In this document: piece by piece, positions 27,927-37,109 of the stretch
Layout of the letters: the number at the start of each line of letters is the position of its first letter
Position numbering within the stretch: position 1 is the first letter of the stretch
From: Synergistaceae bacterium UBA6083
Lineage (GTDB): Bacteria > Synergistota > Synergistia > Synergistales > 79-D21
Direction: 5' to 3'
Assembly (NCBI GenBank): GCA_002436015.1
Contig: DIXJ01000009.1
Coordinates: 64,121 to 128,120, forward strand
Length of the DNA: 64,000 bases
Notes under the pieces: generated by a model
The model's input: the letters and a program-made list of their open reading frames with translations, nothing else
What the model was told of the DNA's origin: nothing
The model's database searches: none
Translations under genes and position numbers: made by a program

Positions 27927-29972
27927 CTAGGCCTCCTTGCGGGGAACTTTCTCCAGGGCCTTGTCCACGGTCTTCTTCACCAATTCCTCGTCCGGGATGA
28001 ACGGGAGCGTGATATGGTCGGTCCCTGCGTTTTTGCGGTTATATTCCATGCTTGTGGAAAGGGCGTTCTCGTTGCGGGCCCATGCACGCCTGGCCACCCC
28101 GCCCATGACGTCCCAGGCGAGGGAGAGGTCTATGGCCTGGTCTGCCCTCTCGCTTCCGTCCAGGACGAGGCCGAAACCTCCGTTGATCGATTTGCCGATC
28201 CCCACTCCCCCGCCGTTGTGCAAAGCCACCAGGCTCATCCCGCGTGCGGCGTTCCCGGCGAAGCAGTGTGTGGACATGTCGGCCATGATCGCGCTCCCGT
28301 CCTTTATGTTGGCCGTTTCCCTGAACGGCGAGTCCGTTCCGGATACGTCGTGATGGTCTCGACCCATCATCACCGGGCCGATTTCTCCCTTGCGGACCAT
28401 TTCGTTGAAGCGACGGGCAATACGCATCCGCCCTCCCGCATCCTGGTAGAGGATGCGGGCCTGTGTTCCCACTACAAGGGCATTCTTTTCCGCATCACGG
28501 ATCCAGATCCAGTTGTCCCGGTCCTGTCCCCTTCGGTTCGGGTCGATGCATTCCATGGCGGCCTGGTCGGTCTTGATGAGGTCCTCGTGCCTTCCGCTGA
28601 GGCAAACCCAGCGGAAAGGCCCGTATCCGTAATCGAAGAGCATCGGCCCCATGATGTCCTCAACGTAGGAGGGAAAGATGAATCCGTCCAGTTCGTCATG
28701 TCCGTTTTTGGAGATTTCCTTGACACCCGCGTCGAAAACCGCCTTCATGAAGGCGTTTCCGTAGTCGAAGAAATAGGTGCCCCGCTCCACCAGCGATTTG
28801 ACCAGGACGAAGTGTTTAACCAGGCTTTCGTCAACGCGACTGCGATAGGCCGCACGGTCGGTTCCGAGCAGTGCCGTCCTTTCCTCGAAGGTGATTCCTT
28901 GCGGGCAGTACCCTCCGTCATAGGGGGCGTGGCACGAGGTCTGGTCGGAGAGGAGGTCGACTGTCCTGCCGTGGTTCACGGCGTATTCAAGGAGGTCCAC
29001 GATGTTTCCATGGTAGGCGATCGAGAGCGGCCGTTTGTCTTTCATCGCTTCCTCGGCCCAGTTGAAAGCTTCTCCCAGGTCCGCGGTGACCCGGGAAACC
29101 CACCCTTGGCTGTGTCGCGTCTCGATCCTTGAAGCGTCCACTTCGGCAAAGATGCCCACCCCACCGGCAATTTCCACTGCTTTGGGCTGGGCTCCGCTCA
29201 TGCCTCCGAGTCCGGAGGAGATGAACAGGTGTCCCGAAAGGTCTTCCGTCGCTCCCAGGCCAAGCTTTAGCCGCCCTGCGTTAAGGAGGGTGTTGAAAGT
29301 TCCGTGAACGATGCCCTGGGGACCAATGTACATCCAGCCGCCAGCCGTCATCTGTCCGTAATTGGACACGCCGAGCTGCATGGCCCGGTGCCATTCATCC
29401 TGGTTGTCGAACATTCCAACCATGAGCCCGTTTGTGAGGATGACGCGGGGGCTATCGGGGCGCGACCGGAAGAGTCCAAGCGGATGCCCGGATTCAACCA
29501 CCAGGGTCTGCTCCTCGGTCATGATTTGGAGATACTTCATGAGAAGCTGGTACTGCATCCAGTTCTGGCAGACCTGGCCGGTTTCCCCGTAGGTGACGAG
29601 CTCGTAGGGGTACAGGGCCACGTCGAAGTCCAGGTTGTTGTCGATCATCACCTGGAAAGCTTGGCCCTCGACGGTCTTTCCCTTGTACTCGTCGATCGGG
29701 CGGCCCCAGATGCGCTTCCTGGGACGGAAGCGGTACCCGTAAATGCGGCCTCGGGTCCTGAGTTCTTCCATGAATTCCGGGGCAAGTGTTTCGTGCCATT
29801 CCTCGGGGACGTATCGGAGGGCATTCTTCAGGGCCAGTTCGGTTTCGGCTCTGCTCAGGGTCAGTCCCCTGTCCGGAGCCCTGCGTATTCCGGGCTCAAA
29901 TGAGCAGGGAGGTGGCAGGGGGCCTTCGAGCTTCACGGTCATGGCTTCGGCAATTTTCCCGTTTTCGATCAT
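27927..29972 (-). CDS. hutU: urocanate hydratase (long, about 680-aa form)
   Basis: GLGGMSGAQPKA NAD-binding motif, GTFNTL and HDVSGTDSPFRETANI blocks. 681 aa. Confidence 0.95.
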   Translation of the reverse strand: MIENGKIAEAMTVKLEGPLPPPCSFEPGIRRAPDRGLTLSRAETELALKNALRYVPEEWHETLAPEFMEELRTRGRIYGYRFRPRKRIWGRPIDEYKGKTVEGQAFQVMIDNNLDFDVALYPYELVTYGETGQVCQNWMQYQLLMKYLQIMTEEQTLVVESGHPLGLFRSRPDSPRVILTNGLMVGMFDNQDEWHRAMQLGVSNYGQMTAGGWMYIGPQGIVHGTFNTLLNAGRLKLGLGATEDLSGHLFISSGLGGMSGAQPKAVEIAGGVGIFAEVDASRIETRHSQGWVSRVTADLGEAFNWAEEAMKDKRPLSIAYHGNIVDLLEYAVNHGRTVDLLSDQTSCHAPYDGGYCPQGITFEERTALLGTDRAAYRSRVDESLVKHFVLVKSLVERGTYFFDYGNAFMKAVFDAGVKEISKNGHDELDGFIFPSYVEDIMGPMLFDYGYGPFRWVCLSGRHEDLIKTDQAAMECIDPNRRGQDRDNWIWIRDAEKNALVVGTQARILYQDAGGRMRIARRFNEMVRKGEIGPVMMGRDHHDVSGTDSPFRETANIKDGSAIMADMSTHCFAGNAARGMSLVALHNGGGVGIGKSINGGFGLVLDGSERADQAIDLSLAWDVMGGVARRAWARNENALSTSMEYNRKNAGTDHITLPFIPDEELVKKTVDKALEKVPRKEA

Positions 29973-30015
29973 GTTTTTGCACCTCCGTCAGGGAGCCCCT
30001 GGGGGGTCCCGAAGT

Positions 30016-30050
30016 AAAAAAGGGGTGTGCAGATAAGCACACCCCTTTTT
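30016..30050 (-). terminator. rho-independent (bidirectional-looking) terminator after the ABC substrate-binding gene
   Basis: AAAAAA-GGGGTGTGC-AGATAA-GCACACCCC-TTTTT, 13 nt downstream of the SBP gene stop and upstream of the hutU start. Confidence 0.75.
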
Positions 30051-30062
30051 ATTCCCTCCTTG

Positions 30063-31226
30063 CTAGGGGCGAATCAGTTCGGGGTCGTCGACGATGCCGA
30101 ACCGCCGGAAAAGTCCGTTCTTAACGACCTGGACCTGGACGGGTTTGACGACTTCCCCGATATGGGTAAAGCCCTTGATGATCCCGGTGAGTCCGTCATA
30201 GTTGGTTGTCTTGGAAATGGCCATCCGGATCGCGGTGGAGTTGGAAACGGTCTTCGTCTTTTGCATCGCGTCGACGATGATCATGAATCCGTCGTAGGCT
30301 GAGGCTCCGACCATGTCGGGTTCGATCTTGAAACGTTTTCGGTATTCCTTGAGGAAGTTCTGGACGACCGGGCGGGGGTCGTCGCGGTCGAAGTTCGTGA
30401 CGATGTAGAATCCCTCCGCTGCTTCACCGGCAATTTCCGCCAATTTCGGGGAATCGGCTCCCTCCTCGCCCAGGATCTTGGACTTGATCCCAAGTTCGCG
30501 CGCCTGCTTCAGGAGAGGTCCTGTCTGGAAATAGTATCCGCTCGCGAAAATGACGTCCGGGTTGGCTTCCTTGATCTTCGAAAGGTAAGGCTTGAAGTCC
30601 TTTTCAGTGAAAGGATACGTTTGTTCGTAAACGATCTTCATGTCTTTGCCGTACTTGTCAGCGTACATCTTGAATCCCTGGACCAGGGTTCGGCCGAAGT
30701 CGTTGTCGCTGGTCAAAAGGGCAACGGTCTTCGCGTGCAGAAGCTTGTGGGCCGTATAGGCAGCAGCCTTGCCCTCGACTGTGCCCAGAAAGCCGTTTCT
30801 GAAACAATACTCGCCGGCCTTCGTTACGTCAGGATGAATGGCGTAGGCGGCGACAAGGGGGATCTTTTCTTCCTGGAAGATTGGCGCAACGGCCCTGGAA
30901 GGGAGGCTGTATGAACCTGCAACAAAAGCGGAAATCTTGTCCTGTTCGATCAGCTTGTAAGCCAGAGCGACGGCTTCCTTCGCATCCGCCCGGTCATCGT
31001 AGACGACGAGCTGGACCTTCTTGCCCAGGATCCCGCCCTTTGAGTTGACCTGATCGACGGCGATCCTGACCGAGTTAAGGGCGCTTGCCCCATCGGCCGC
31101 CGCAAAGCCGGTCAGGGGTGCGAGCATCCCAATCTTGACCGTTTCTGCAGCAACGGCAACTCCCACGAAAAAGGAAAGAAGCAAAAGTGCAACCATCGAA
31201 ACCCTCAGACCACGCATTGCAAACAC
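30063..31226 (-). CDS. ABC transporter substrate-binding protein, branched-chain/amino-acid (LivJ/K, type I PBP) family
   Basis: Signal peptide MVALLLLSFFVGVAVAAE, then VKIGMLAPLTGFAAADG, typical of Leu/Ile/Val-binding-family proteins. Confidence 0.85.
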   Translation of the reverse strand: MFAMRGLRVSMVALLLLSFFVGVAVAAETVKIGMLAPLTGFAAADGASALNSVRIAVDQVNSKGGILGKKVQLVVYDDRADAKEAVALAYKLIEQDKISAFVAGSYSLPSRAVAPIFQEEKIPLVAAYAIHPDVTKAGEYCFRNGFLGTVEGKAAAYTAHKLLHAKTVALLTSDNDFGRTLVQGFKMYADKYGKDMKIVYEQTYPFTEKDFKPYLSKIKEANPDVIFASGYYFQTGPLLKQARELGIKSKILGEEGADSPKLAEIAGEAAEGFYIVTNFDRDDPRPVVQNFLKEYRKRFKIEPDMVGASAYDGFMIIVDAMQKTKTVSNSTAIRMAISKTTNYDGLTGIIKGFTHIGEVVKPVQVQVVKNGLFRRFGIVDDPELIRP

Positions 31227-31268
31227 CTCCCAGATCAGATTATGAACATTATAGAACAGGTGAGAACA

Positions 31269-31979
31269 TCAAAGGCCCAGGTAGGCCTCTCGAATACGGG
31301 GGTCGTCCCTCATCACTTCAGAGGCTCCCTCGAACTGTATCCTTCCCGTTTCAAGGACGTAGCACCTCCTGGAAATCTCAAGAGAAGCAAGGGCATTCTG
31401 CTCCACAAGCAGGATCGTTAAGCCTCTTTCCCGGTTCAGGTGCTGTAAGACTTCGAAAACCTGGTCCACCAGTTTCGGCATCAGTCCCATGGAGACTTCG
31501 TCCACCAATAAGAGTTTTGGGTCTGAAACGAGGGCCCTCGCGATGGCTAACTGCTGCTGCTCTCCGCCGGATAGGGTCACTGCGTACTGGCTACTCCGCT
31601 CTTCAAGGATCGGGAAGAGTTCGTAAAGCCAGGCCAGGCGTTCTTTTTCCTTTGCGGGTTCATGGATCCCGTAAAGCCCGATTCGCAGGTTTTCCCGGAC
31701 TGTCAGCCGAGGGAATACGCGGGCTCTCTCGGGGACGATGCGGATTCCGATACGGGCTCGAACGTGAGAAGGAATTCTGGAAATATCCTCTCCGCGGAAC
31801 CGTATGGTGCCCGAACGGGCGGGAACCAGTCCCATGAGGGAGTTCAGGATCGAGCTCTTGCCTGCCCCGTTCGCCCCGATAATGGAGACGAGTTCCCCTT
31901 CCTCCACGGAGAAAGAGACTCCGTGGACCGCCTCAATGTCACGGTAGGCAATATGGAGGTCCTGGACGTCAAGCAACAT
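31269..31979 (-). CDS. livF: amino-acid ABC transporter ATP-binding protein LivF-type
   Basis: GANGAGKSS Walker A, LSGGEQQQLAIARAL signature, LLLVDE Walker B. ATG-31979 overlaps the livG stop by 11 nt. Confidence 0.9.
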   Translation of the reverse strand: MLLDVQDLHIAYRDIEAVHGVSFSVEEGELVSIIGANGAGKSSILNSLMGLVPARSGTIRFRGEDISRIPSHVRARIGIRIVPERARVFPRLTVRENLRIGLYGIHEPAKEKERLAWLYELFPILEERSSQYAVTLSGGEQQQLAIARALVSDPKLLLVDEVSMGLMPKLVDQVFEVLQHLNRERGLTILLVEQNALASLEISRRCYVLETGRIQFEGASEVMRDDPRIREAYLGL

Positions 31980-32736
31980 TCGAATGGCCTTCCTTTCCCA
32001 GGTAGGCCTGGATGACTTCCGGGTTTTTGCGAATCTCATCCGGGGATCCTTCGGCAAGCTTGAGGCCGTGGTCCAGGACAACAAGCCGGTCGGACAGTCC
32101 CATGGCCACGCGCATGTTATGTTCGATCAGGAGGATGGAGATGCCGCTCTCACGAGTTTTCCTGACGAGCTCTTCCTGCATGGCGACCTCTTCGTGCCGA
32201 AGCCCGGAGAAGGATTCGTCCAATAGCAGGAGCCGCGGGTTCAGGGCCAGCGCCCTGGCCAGCTCCAACCTCCTGAGGTTTCCCAGGGGGAGCAGGCCCG
32301 CCTTCTGGGGGGCCTGCAAATCAAGGCCGACCTTTGAAAGGAGTTCCATTGCCCCGTCGCGTGTTTTTTGCCTCTTCCAGGAGCCGCAGGAGGGAATTAT
32401 CCCCCGGTAGCAGGGCAATCCCATTGCGACGATGACGTTATCCAGGACGGAGAGGTTCGGGAAGGGGCGGACAATCTGGAAGGTTCTCCCGATGCCCAGG
32501 GCTGCCATCCTGTGGGGAGGGAGCCCGTCGGTCCGGATTCCCCCAAAACGAATCTCACCTGAGGTCGGGCGATAAACCCCTGAAACCGTGTTGAAACAGG
32601 TTGTTTTCCCTGCCCCGTTTGGTCCGATCAACCCCAGTATTTCACCGTCGCAAAGGTCAAATGAAACCTTGTCCAGGGCTTTAAGGCCGCCAAAATGCAT
32701 CGACACTTCCCGAAGGCTGAGAAGGATTTCCGTCAT
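31969..32736 (-). CDS. livG: amino-acid ABC transporter ATP-binding protein LivG-type
   Basis: GPNGAGKTT Walker A, LELARALALNPRLLLLDE, and the LivG-specific C-terminal extension. Confidence 0.9.
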   Translation of the reverse strand: MTEILLSLREVSMHFGGLKALDKVSFDLCDGEILGLIGPNGAGKTTCFNTVSGVYRPTSGEIRFGGIRTDGLPPHRMAALGIGRTFQIVRPFPNLSVLDNVIVAMGLPCYRGIIPSCGSWKRQKTRDGAMELLSKVGLDLQAPQKAGLLPLGNLRRLELARALALNPRLLLLDESFSGLRHEEVAMQEELVRKTRESGISILLIEHNMRVAMGLSDRLVVLDHGLKLAEGSPDEIRKNPEVIQAYLGKEGHSNVA

Positions 32737-33617
32737 TCTTTCTCTCCCCCCTTCAGCCTGGAAAAGATTTGCCGCGCGAGGCTGCTTTCCCCGAGGAGCC
32801 CGCCTGGCTGGAATCGGATCATCAGCAGCAGGAGGGCGGCGTAAAGGAACATCCGGTATTCGGTCAGCGGCCTGAAGACTTCAGGCAACATGCCAAGGAC
32901 CAGGGCTCCCAGGACCGGTCCCCAAAGGGTCCCCATGCCGCCGAGGACGACCATGGAAAGGATCATGACGGACATGGGGAAACCGAAATCCGTGGCGCTG
33001 ATAAAGCGCATGAAATGGGCATAGAGAGCCCCGCCGAGGCCGGCCATCGCAGTTCCGAGGATGAAGGCCGCAAGCTTGAAACGAACCGGGGATACACCCA
33101 TGCTCGATGCCGCTGCCTCGTCTTCCCTCAGTGCGAAGCAGGCCAGGCCAGACCAGCTGCGGGTGAAAAGCCAGCTGACCAGCTGTACAGCCGCGAGAAA
33201 GGCAAGGCACAGGAAGAGGAAGGGCGTTCCCCTGAGCCTTGTCCCGAAAAGGATCACCCTCGGGATTCCGCCGATCCCCAGTGCCCCGCCGAAAAAGGGG
33301 ACGTAAAGGAACACGGAGACCACGATGAAGTTGATCCCGATTGTGGTGATGGCGAGGAAGTCTTCCTTCAGCCGGAGACTGGGCAGGCCGAGGACAAGGC
33401 CGATGAACCCCGTTATGAAAAGGACAAGCGGCAGGGCGCCCCAGAAGGAAAAACCCCCGGCAGTCGTCAGGAGGGCGGACGCGTAGGCGCCGATCCCGAA
33501 GAAAGCGGCGTGGCCGAGGGAAATCTGTCCCGCATAGCCGACAATGACGTTCAGGCCGCAGGCCACGATGGCCTGGATCGCTATGAAGGTTCCAATCGTG
33601 ATCGTGTAGTCGCTCAT
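32733..33617 (-). CDS. livM: branched-chain amino-acid ABC permease LivM-type
   Basis: 294 aa, polytopic. GYAGQISLGHAAFFGIGAY motif. Confidence 0.85.
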   Translation of the reverse strand: MSDYTITIGTFIAIQAIVACGLNVIVGYAGQISLGHAAFFGIGAYASALLTTAGGFSFWGALPLVLFITGFIGLVLGLPSLRLKEDFLAITTIGINFIVVSVFLYVPFFGGALGIGGIPRVILFGTRLRGTPFLFLCLAFLAAVQLVSWLFTRSWSGLACFALREDEAAASSMGVSPVRFKLAAFILGTAMAGLGGALYAHFMRFISATDFGFPMSVMILSMVVLGGMGTLWGPVLGALVLGMLPEVFRPLTEYRMFLYAALLLLMIRFQPGGLLGESSLARQIFSRLKGGEKE

Positions 33618-33633
33618 TGCGGTTTCGTCCTTC

Positions 33634-34500
33634 CTAGCGCCTGCCGCCCAGGAGTCCCTGTGGACGCCAGAGCAGTACCGCGATCATGGCGATAAAAGCC
33701 AGGGCATCCCGCGGAAGGGGGATGCCGGCGTAGCCGATCAGGAGCGTCTCCGCGATCCCCAGCAGGATTGAGGCCAGGACCGCTCCCGGAACGGACCCAA
33801 GCCCCCCTACAACGATAAGGGCGAGTGTCTTGTAGGCCGGGACAGCCCCCATCGTCGGGTAGACCTGGTTGTAGTAGATGCCCACGAGGATGCCTGCGAT
33901 GGCTGCTACCGCAGAGCCGATCATGAAGGTTACGGAAATGATCCAGTGGCTGTTGATCCCCATCGAGCTGGCGATGGCCATGTCCTGGGAAGTGGCCCGC
34001 ATGGCGAGTCCAAGTTCGGTTTTTGTCGTGATGATCCAAAGCAGGAGGAGGACCCCGGCGCTGATGCCGTAGACGGCGGAGAGCGTCGAGGAGATCACGA
34101 TCCCCCCGATCGTGAAGCTTGGGAAAGGCAGTTCCGCAGGGAAGGAGAGGATATACGGTCCGGCCACCATGCGGCAGAGTTCTTCGATCGCAAGCAGGCA
34201 GGCGATGCTGCCGATGAGGGGGACATAGGGGGGGAACTTTAGGAGCGGGTAATAGACAAAACGCTCGATCAGAACCCCCAGGATGGCGCAAAAAAGCATC
34301 GATCCGGTGACAGAGAGGGCGAGGCTGTGCGTTGACGAAAAAATAGCCAGCCCGACATAAGCCCCCACTGTATAGATTGCAGCATGGGCCACGTGCAGGA
34401 TTCGCAGGATCCCGTAGACAAGGGCAAGCCCCAGGGTGATCAAGGCATAAATCGCTCCGATTGCCAGCCCGTTCAGCATCTGTTCGAGGAAAAGCTGCAT
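33634..34500 (-). CDS. livH: branched-chain amino-acid ABC permease LivH-type
   Basis: 288 aa, polytopic. MQLFLEQMLNGLAIGAIYALITLGLALVYG is a typical LivH N-terminus. Confidence 0.85.
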   Translation of the reverse strand: MQLFLEQMLNGLAIGAIYALITLGLALVYGILRILHVAHAAIYTVGAYVGLAIFSSTHSLALSVTGSMLFCAILGVLIERFVYYPLLKFPPYVPLIGSIACLLAIEELCRMVAGPYILSFPAELPFPSFTIGGIVISSTLSAVYGISAGVLLLLWIITTKTELGLAMRATSQDMAIASSMGINSHWIISVTFMIGSAVAAIAGILVGIYYNQVYPTMGAVPAYKTLALIVVGGLGSVPGAVLASILLGIAETLLIGYAGIPLPRDALAFIAMIAVLLWRPQGLLGGRR

Positions 34501-34522
34501 GGCGGCTTTTTGGCTCCCTGGT

Positions 34523-36055
34523 TTAGTTCAGGTTTCCGACGACCGCTTCGACTTCAGCCACAAGTTCACCCGAATGTGTGATCTTGTGGGCTGCCCTGAT
34601 AAGGGGTTCCATAAGGCAATCCTTCTCGTAGAAGGGTACTACCCGGCGTACGGCTTCGTGAGCAGCCTCCGTTCCCTTGCCCGGTCTCAGCGGGAGGCTG
34701 AAATCGATTCCCTGGGCTGCCGTCAAAACTTCGATGGCCAGGACGTTGAAGGTATTTTCCAGGATTGTCCGGGCTTTTCTTGCCGCATGTGCGCCCATGG
34801 ACACGTGGTCTTCCTGGCAGGCCGAGGTCGGGATGGAGTCGACGGATGCAGGGTGGGCCAAAACCTTGTTTTCCGAAACGAGAGCTGCACAGGTGTACTG
34901 CGGTATCATAAACCCGCTGTTTAAGCCGCTTTCCCGCACGAGGAACGGGGGAAGGCCGGATAGCTTGTGGTCGACAAGGCGTGCTACCCTTCGTTCGGAA
35001 ATATCAGCCAGTTCCGCTGCCGCTATGCCAAAGAAGTCCATGGCCAGGGCGATCGGCTGGCCGTGGAAGTTGCCGCCGCTGATGGCGATGCCGTCTGCGG
35101 GGAAGATGATTGGGTTGTCTGTCACGGAGTTGATCTCGAGATCGATTTTGCCGCGGACAAAATCCAGCGCATCGCGACTGGCCCCGTGGACCTGGGGGAC
35201 ACAGCGCAGGGAATAGGCATCCTGGACGCGGTTTCCCTTGAAGTTCTCGATAATCTCGCTTCCTTCGATCAGGGTTCGGATATTTTCGGCTACCAGCTTC
35301 TGGCCGGTGTGGGGCCGAAGGGCATGAGTCCTGGGGTCGAAGGCATAAGGAACACCGTGAAGGGCCTCCAGGGAGAGGGCAGCAGCGATGTCGGCGACCT
35401 TGGCGAGAATTGAGGCGTCATGGACGGCCAGTGCCGCCAGTCCCGCCATGAAGGCCGTTCCGTTGTTGAGGGCCAATCCCTCCTTGGGCTTGAGGGACAC
35501 CGGTTTCAGCCCGGTTTCCTGGAGAGCTCTGGCGGTAGGCATGCGCCGATTCCCAAAAAAGACTTCCCCTTCGCCGAGCAGGGTAACCGCCAGGTGGGAC
35601 AGCGGGCAGAGATCTCCGCTTGCCCCGACAGATCCCTGGCTGGGGATGACGGGGTGGATACCAAGGTTGAGGTAATTCACGAGCTGGGTCAGGGTTTCCA
35701 GGCTAATTCCGGAAAAGCCGCGGGTGAGAGTGTTGATCCGGAGCAGCATGATTGCCCTTACCGCGTCTTCGGGCAGGGCCTCTCCCACACCGCAGGCATG
35801 ACTGAGGAGAAGGTTCTTCTGAAGCAGTTCGCTTTGCTCAGGGGGAATCGAGACAGAAGCCAGGTCGCCGAATCCGGTCGTGATCCCGTAGATGACCTTG
35901 CCGCTTCGGGCCCACTCCCTGACGATGCGCCCTCCCCTTTCTACGAAGGTGACGGCTGCCGGGTCCAGAGCCACTCCGTACCCTTCCCTTGCAACCCTTA
36001 CCACGTCTTCCAGCGAGAGGGAATGTCCGTTCAACGCGATGACTTTTGAGTCCAC
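34523..36055 (-). CDS. hutH: histidine ammonia-lyase
   Basis: GSVGASGDLCPLSH (MIO-forming ASG). GTG-36055 is preceded by GGAAGGAGGGG SD; the ORF is open to ATG-36094. Confidence 0.95.
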   Translation of the reverse strand: MDSKVIALNGHSLSLEDVVRVAREGYGVALDPAAVTFVERGGRIVREWARSGKVIYGITTGFGDLASVSIPPEQSELLQKNLLLSHACGVGEALPEDAVRAIMLLRINTLTRGFSGISLETLTQLVNYLNLGIHPVIPSQGSVGASGDLCPLSHLAVTLLGEGEVFFGNRRMPTARALQETGLKPVSLKPKEGLALNNGTAFMAGLAALAVHDASILAKVADIAAALSLEALHGVPYAFDPRTHALRPHTGQKLVAENIRTLIEGSEIIENFKGNRVQDAYSLRCVPQVHGASRDALDFVRGKIDLEINSVTDNPIIFPADGIAISGGNFHGQPIALAMDFFGIAAAELADISERRVARLVDHKLSGLPPFLVRESGLNSGFMIPQYTCAALVSENKVLAHPASVDSIPTSACQEDHVSMGAHAARKARTILENTFNVLAIEVLTAAQGIDFSLPLRPGKGTEAAHEAVRRVVPFYEKDCLMEPLIRAAHKITHSGELVAEVEAVVGNLN

Positions 36056-36095
36056 GATAGCCCCTCCTTCCGCAGATTCCCTTGCGGGTTCCATG

Positions 36096-37109
36096 TTAAC
36101 CTATGATGAAACCGTTATCTTGCCCGCATGCCCGGCACTTTCCGTGTGGATCTAATTCAATATGCGCAATATTATATCCTTCACGTGCGACAATGTCACG
36201 TCCGCATTGGCGACATCGAGTTGTCTCGGAAAAGGGAACATTCCCCATGTAGACAAACGGAAGCTTTCGGGACGCGATCTCCCTGTATTCCATCATGAGT
36301 GACAGGGGTGTCGCGGGTTCCGACCATTTCCACCGGGGAAAATACCGTGAAAGATGAAACGGGATGCCTTCGTCGATTTTGCTGATCCAGTCGATCATCG
36401 CTTCGAAAGCGGTCTTGTCGACGTTGATGCCGGGGACGAGCAGGTGAGTCAGTTCGACGTGGACTTTGCCGTCCTTCAGGGTACCGATTGTCTCGAGCAC
36501 GGTTTCGAGAAAACCGCCTAGTTTATTGTACCCTTCCAAAGTGAAGGCCTTCAGGTCGATATTTGCAGCCGAGATGAAGGGCAGGATTTCCTTCAAGGGT
36601 TCCGGGTTGATTGTGCCGTTCGTAACCAGAACGACGCCGAAGCCCTCCTGTTGAAGGAGAGGGGCCGCATCGGACAGGAATTCGAACCAGACCAGGGGTT
36701 CGTTGTAAGTGAAGGCGACGGCCCTGCTTCCGGATTGCTTCGCGGCCTCCAGCAAGTCCCCGGGGGTAATGGGCTGCAGGGATACGGAGGGATCCCAACG
36801 GGCCAATTCCCAGTTCTGGCAAAAGGGACATCTGAGATTGCAGCCGACCGTTCCGACCGAAAGGATCTCCGTGCCGGGACGCCAGTGGTAAAGAGGCTTC
36901 TTCTCGACCGGATCGAGGTGGATGTGTGCCGCAAAACCGGCGTTGAGCGACAGTAGAGCCTCCCCGTTGGAACTGGCTTTCCGAACCCCGCAGAGCCCCG
37001 TTCCACCAGGTTTCAGGAGACAGGCGTGAGGGCAAAGGTCACACCTGACGAGCCCGTTTTCAATATGCCACCAGCTGGCCCTGGCGAGCCCTTCCTCACT
37101 TGGGGTCAT
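36096..37109 (-). CDS. amrS: AmmeMemoRadiSam system radical SAM enzyme
   Basis: Radical SAM CNLRCPFCQNW (CX3CX2C) plus N-terminal Cys cluster CDLCPHAC..CGVR and C-terminal CRQCG..CRACG. ATGA overlap with the upstream AMMECR1 fusion gene. Confidence 0.85.
   Translation of the reverse strand: MTPSEEGLARASWWHIENGLVRCDLCPHACLLKPGGTGLCGVRKASSNGEALLSLNAGFAAHIHLDPVEKKPLYHWRPGTEILSVGTVGCNLRCPFCQNWELARWDPSVSLQPITPGDLLEAAKQSGSRAVAFTYNEPLVWFEFLSDAAPLLQQEGFGVVLVTNGTINPEPLKEILPFISAANIDLKAFTLEGYNKLGGFLETVLETIGTLKDGKVHVELTHLLVPGINVDKTAFEAMIDWISKIDEGIPFHLSRYFPRWKWSEPATPLSLMMEYREIASRKLPFVYMGNVPFSETTRCRQCGRDIVAREGYNIAHIELDPHGKCRACGQDNGFIIG

Noticed and set aside
28014-29132. 372-aa ORF on the + strand
   Set aside because: Antisense to hutU, whose identity is unambiguous. 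Its composition (V/H/G/R/P-rich) and lack of motifs indicate a shadow ORF.
32769-33695. 308-aa ORF on the + strand, plus the 225-aa alternative-frame ORF at 33614-34291 on the - strand
   Set aside because: They overlap the livM/livH permease genes. They are charged and low-complexity (E/D/G/R-rich) with no motifs. The permease frames have the expected hydrophobic periodicity.
34523-36094. A 1-nt gap between the amrS stop and the longest hutH ORF start (ATG-36094), as evidence of tight translational coupling
   Set aside because: GTG-36055 has a much better SD (GGAAGGAGGGG, 5-nt spacing) and gives the usual HAL N-terminus, so the real gap is probably 40 nt. Co-transcription is still plausible, but coupling is not claimed.
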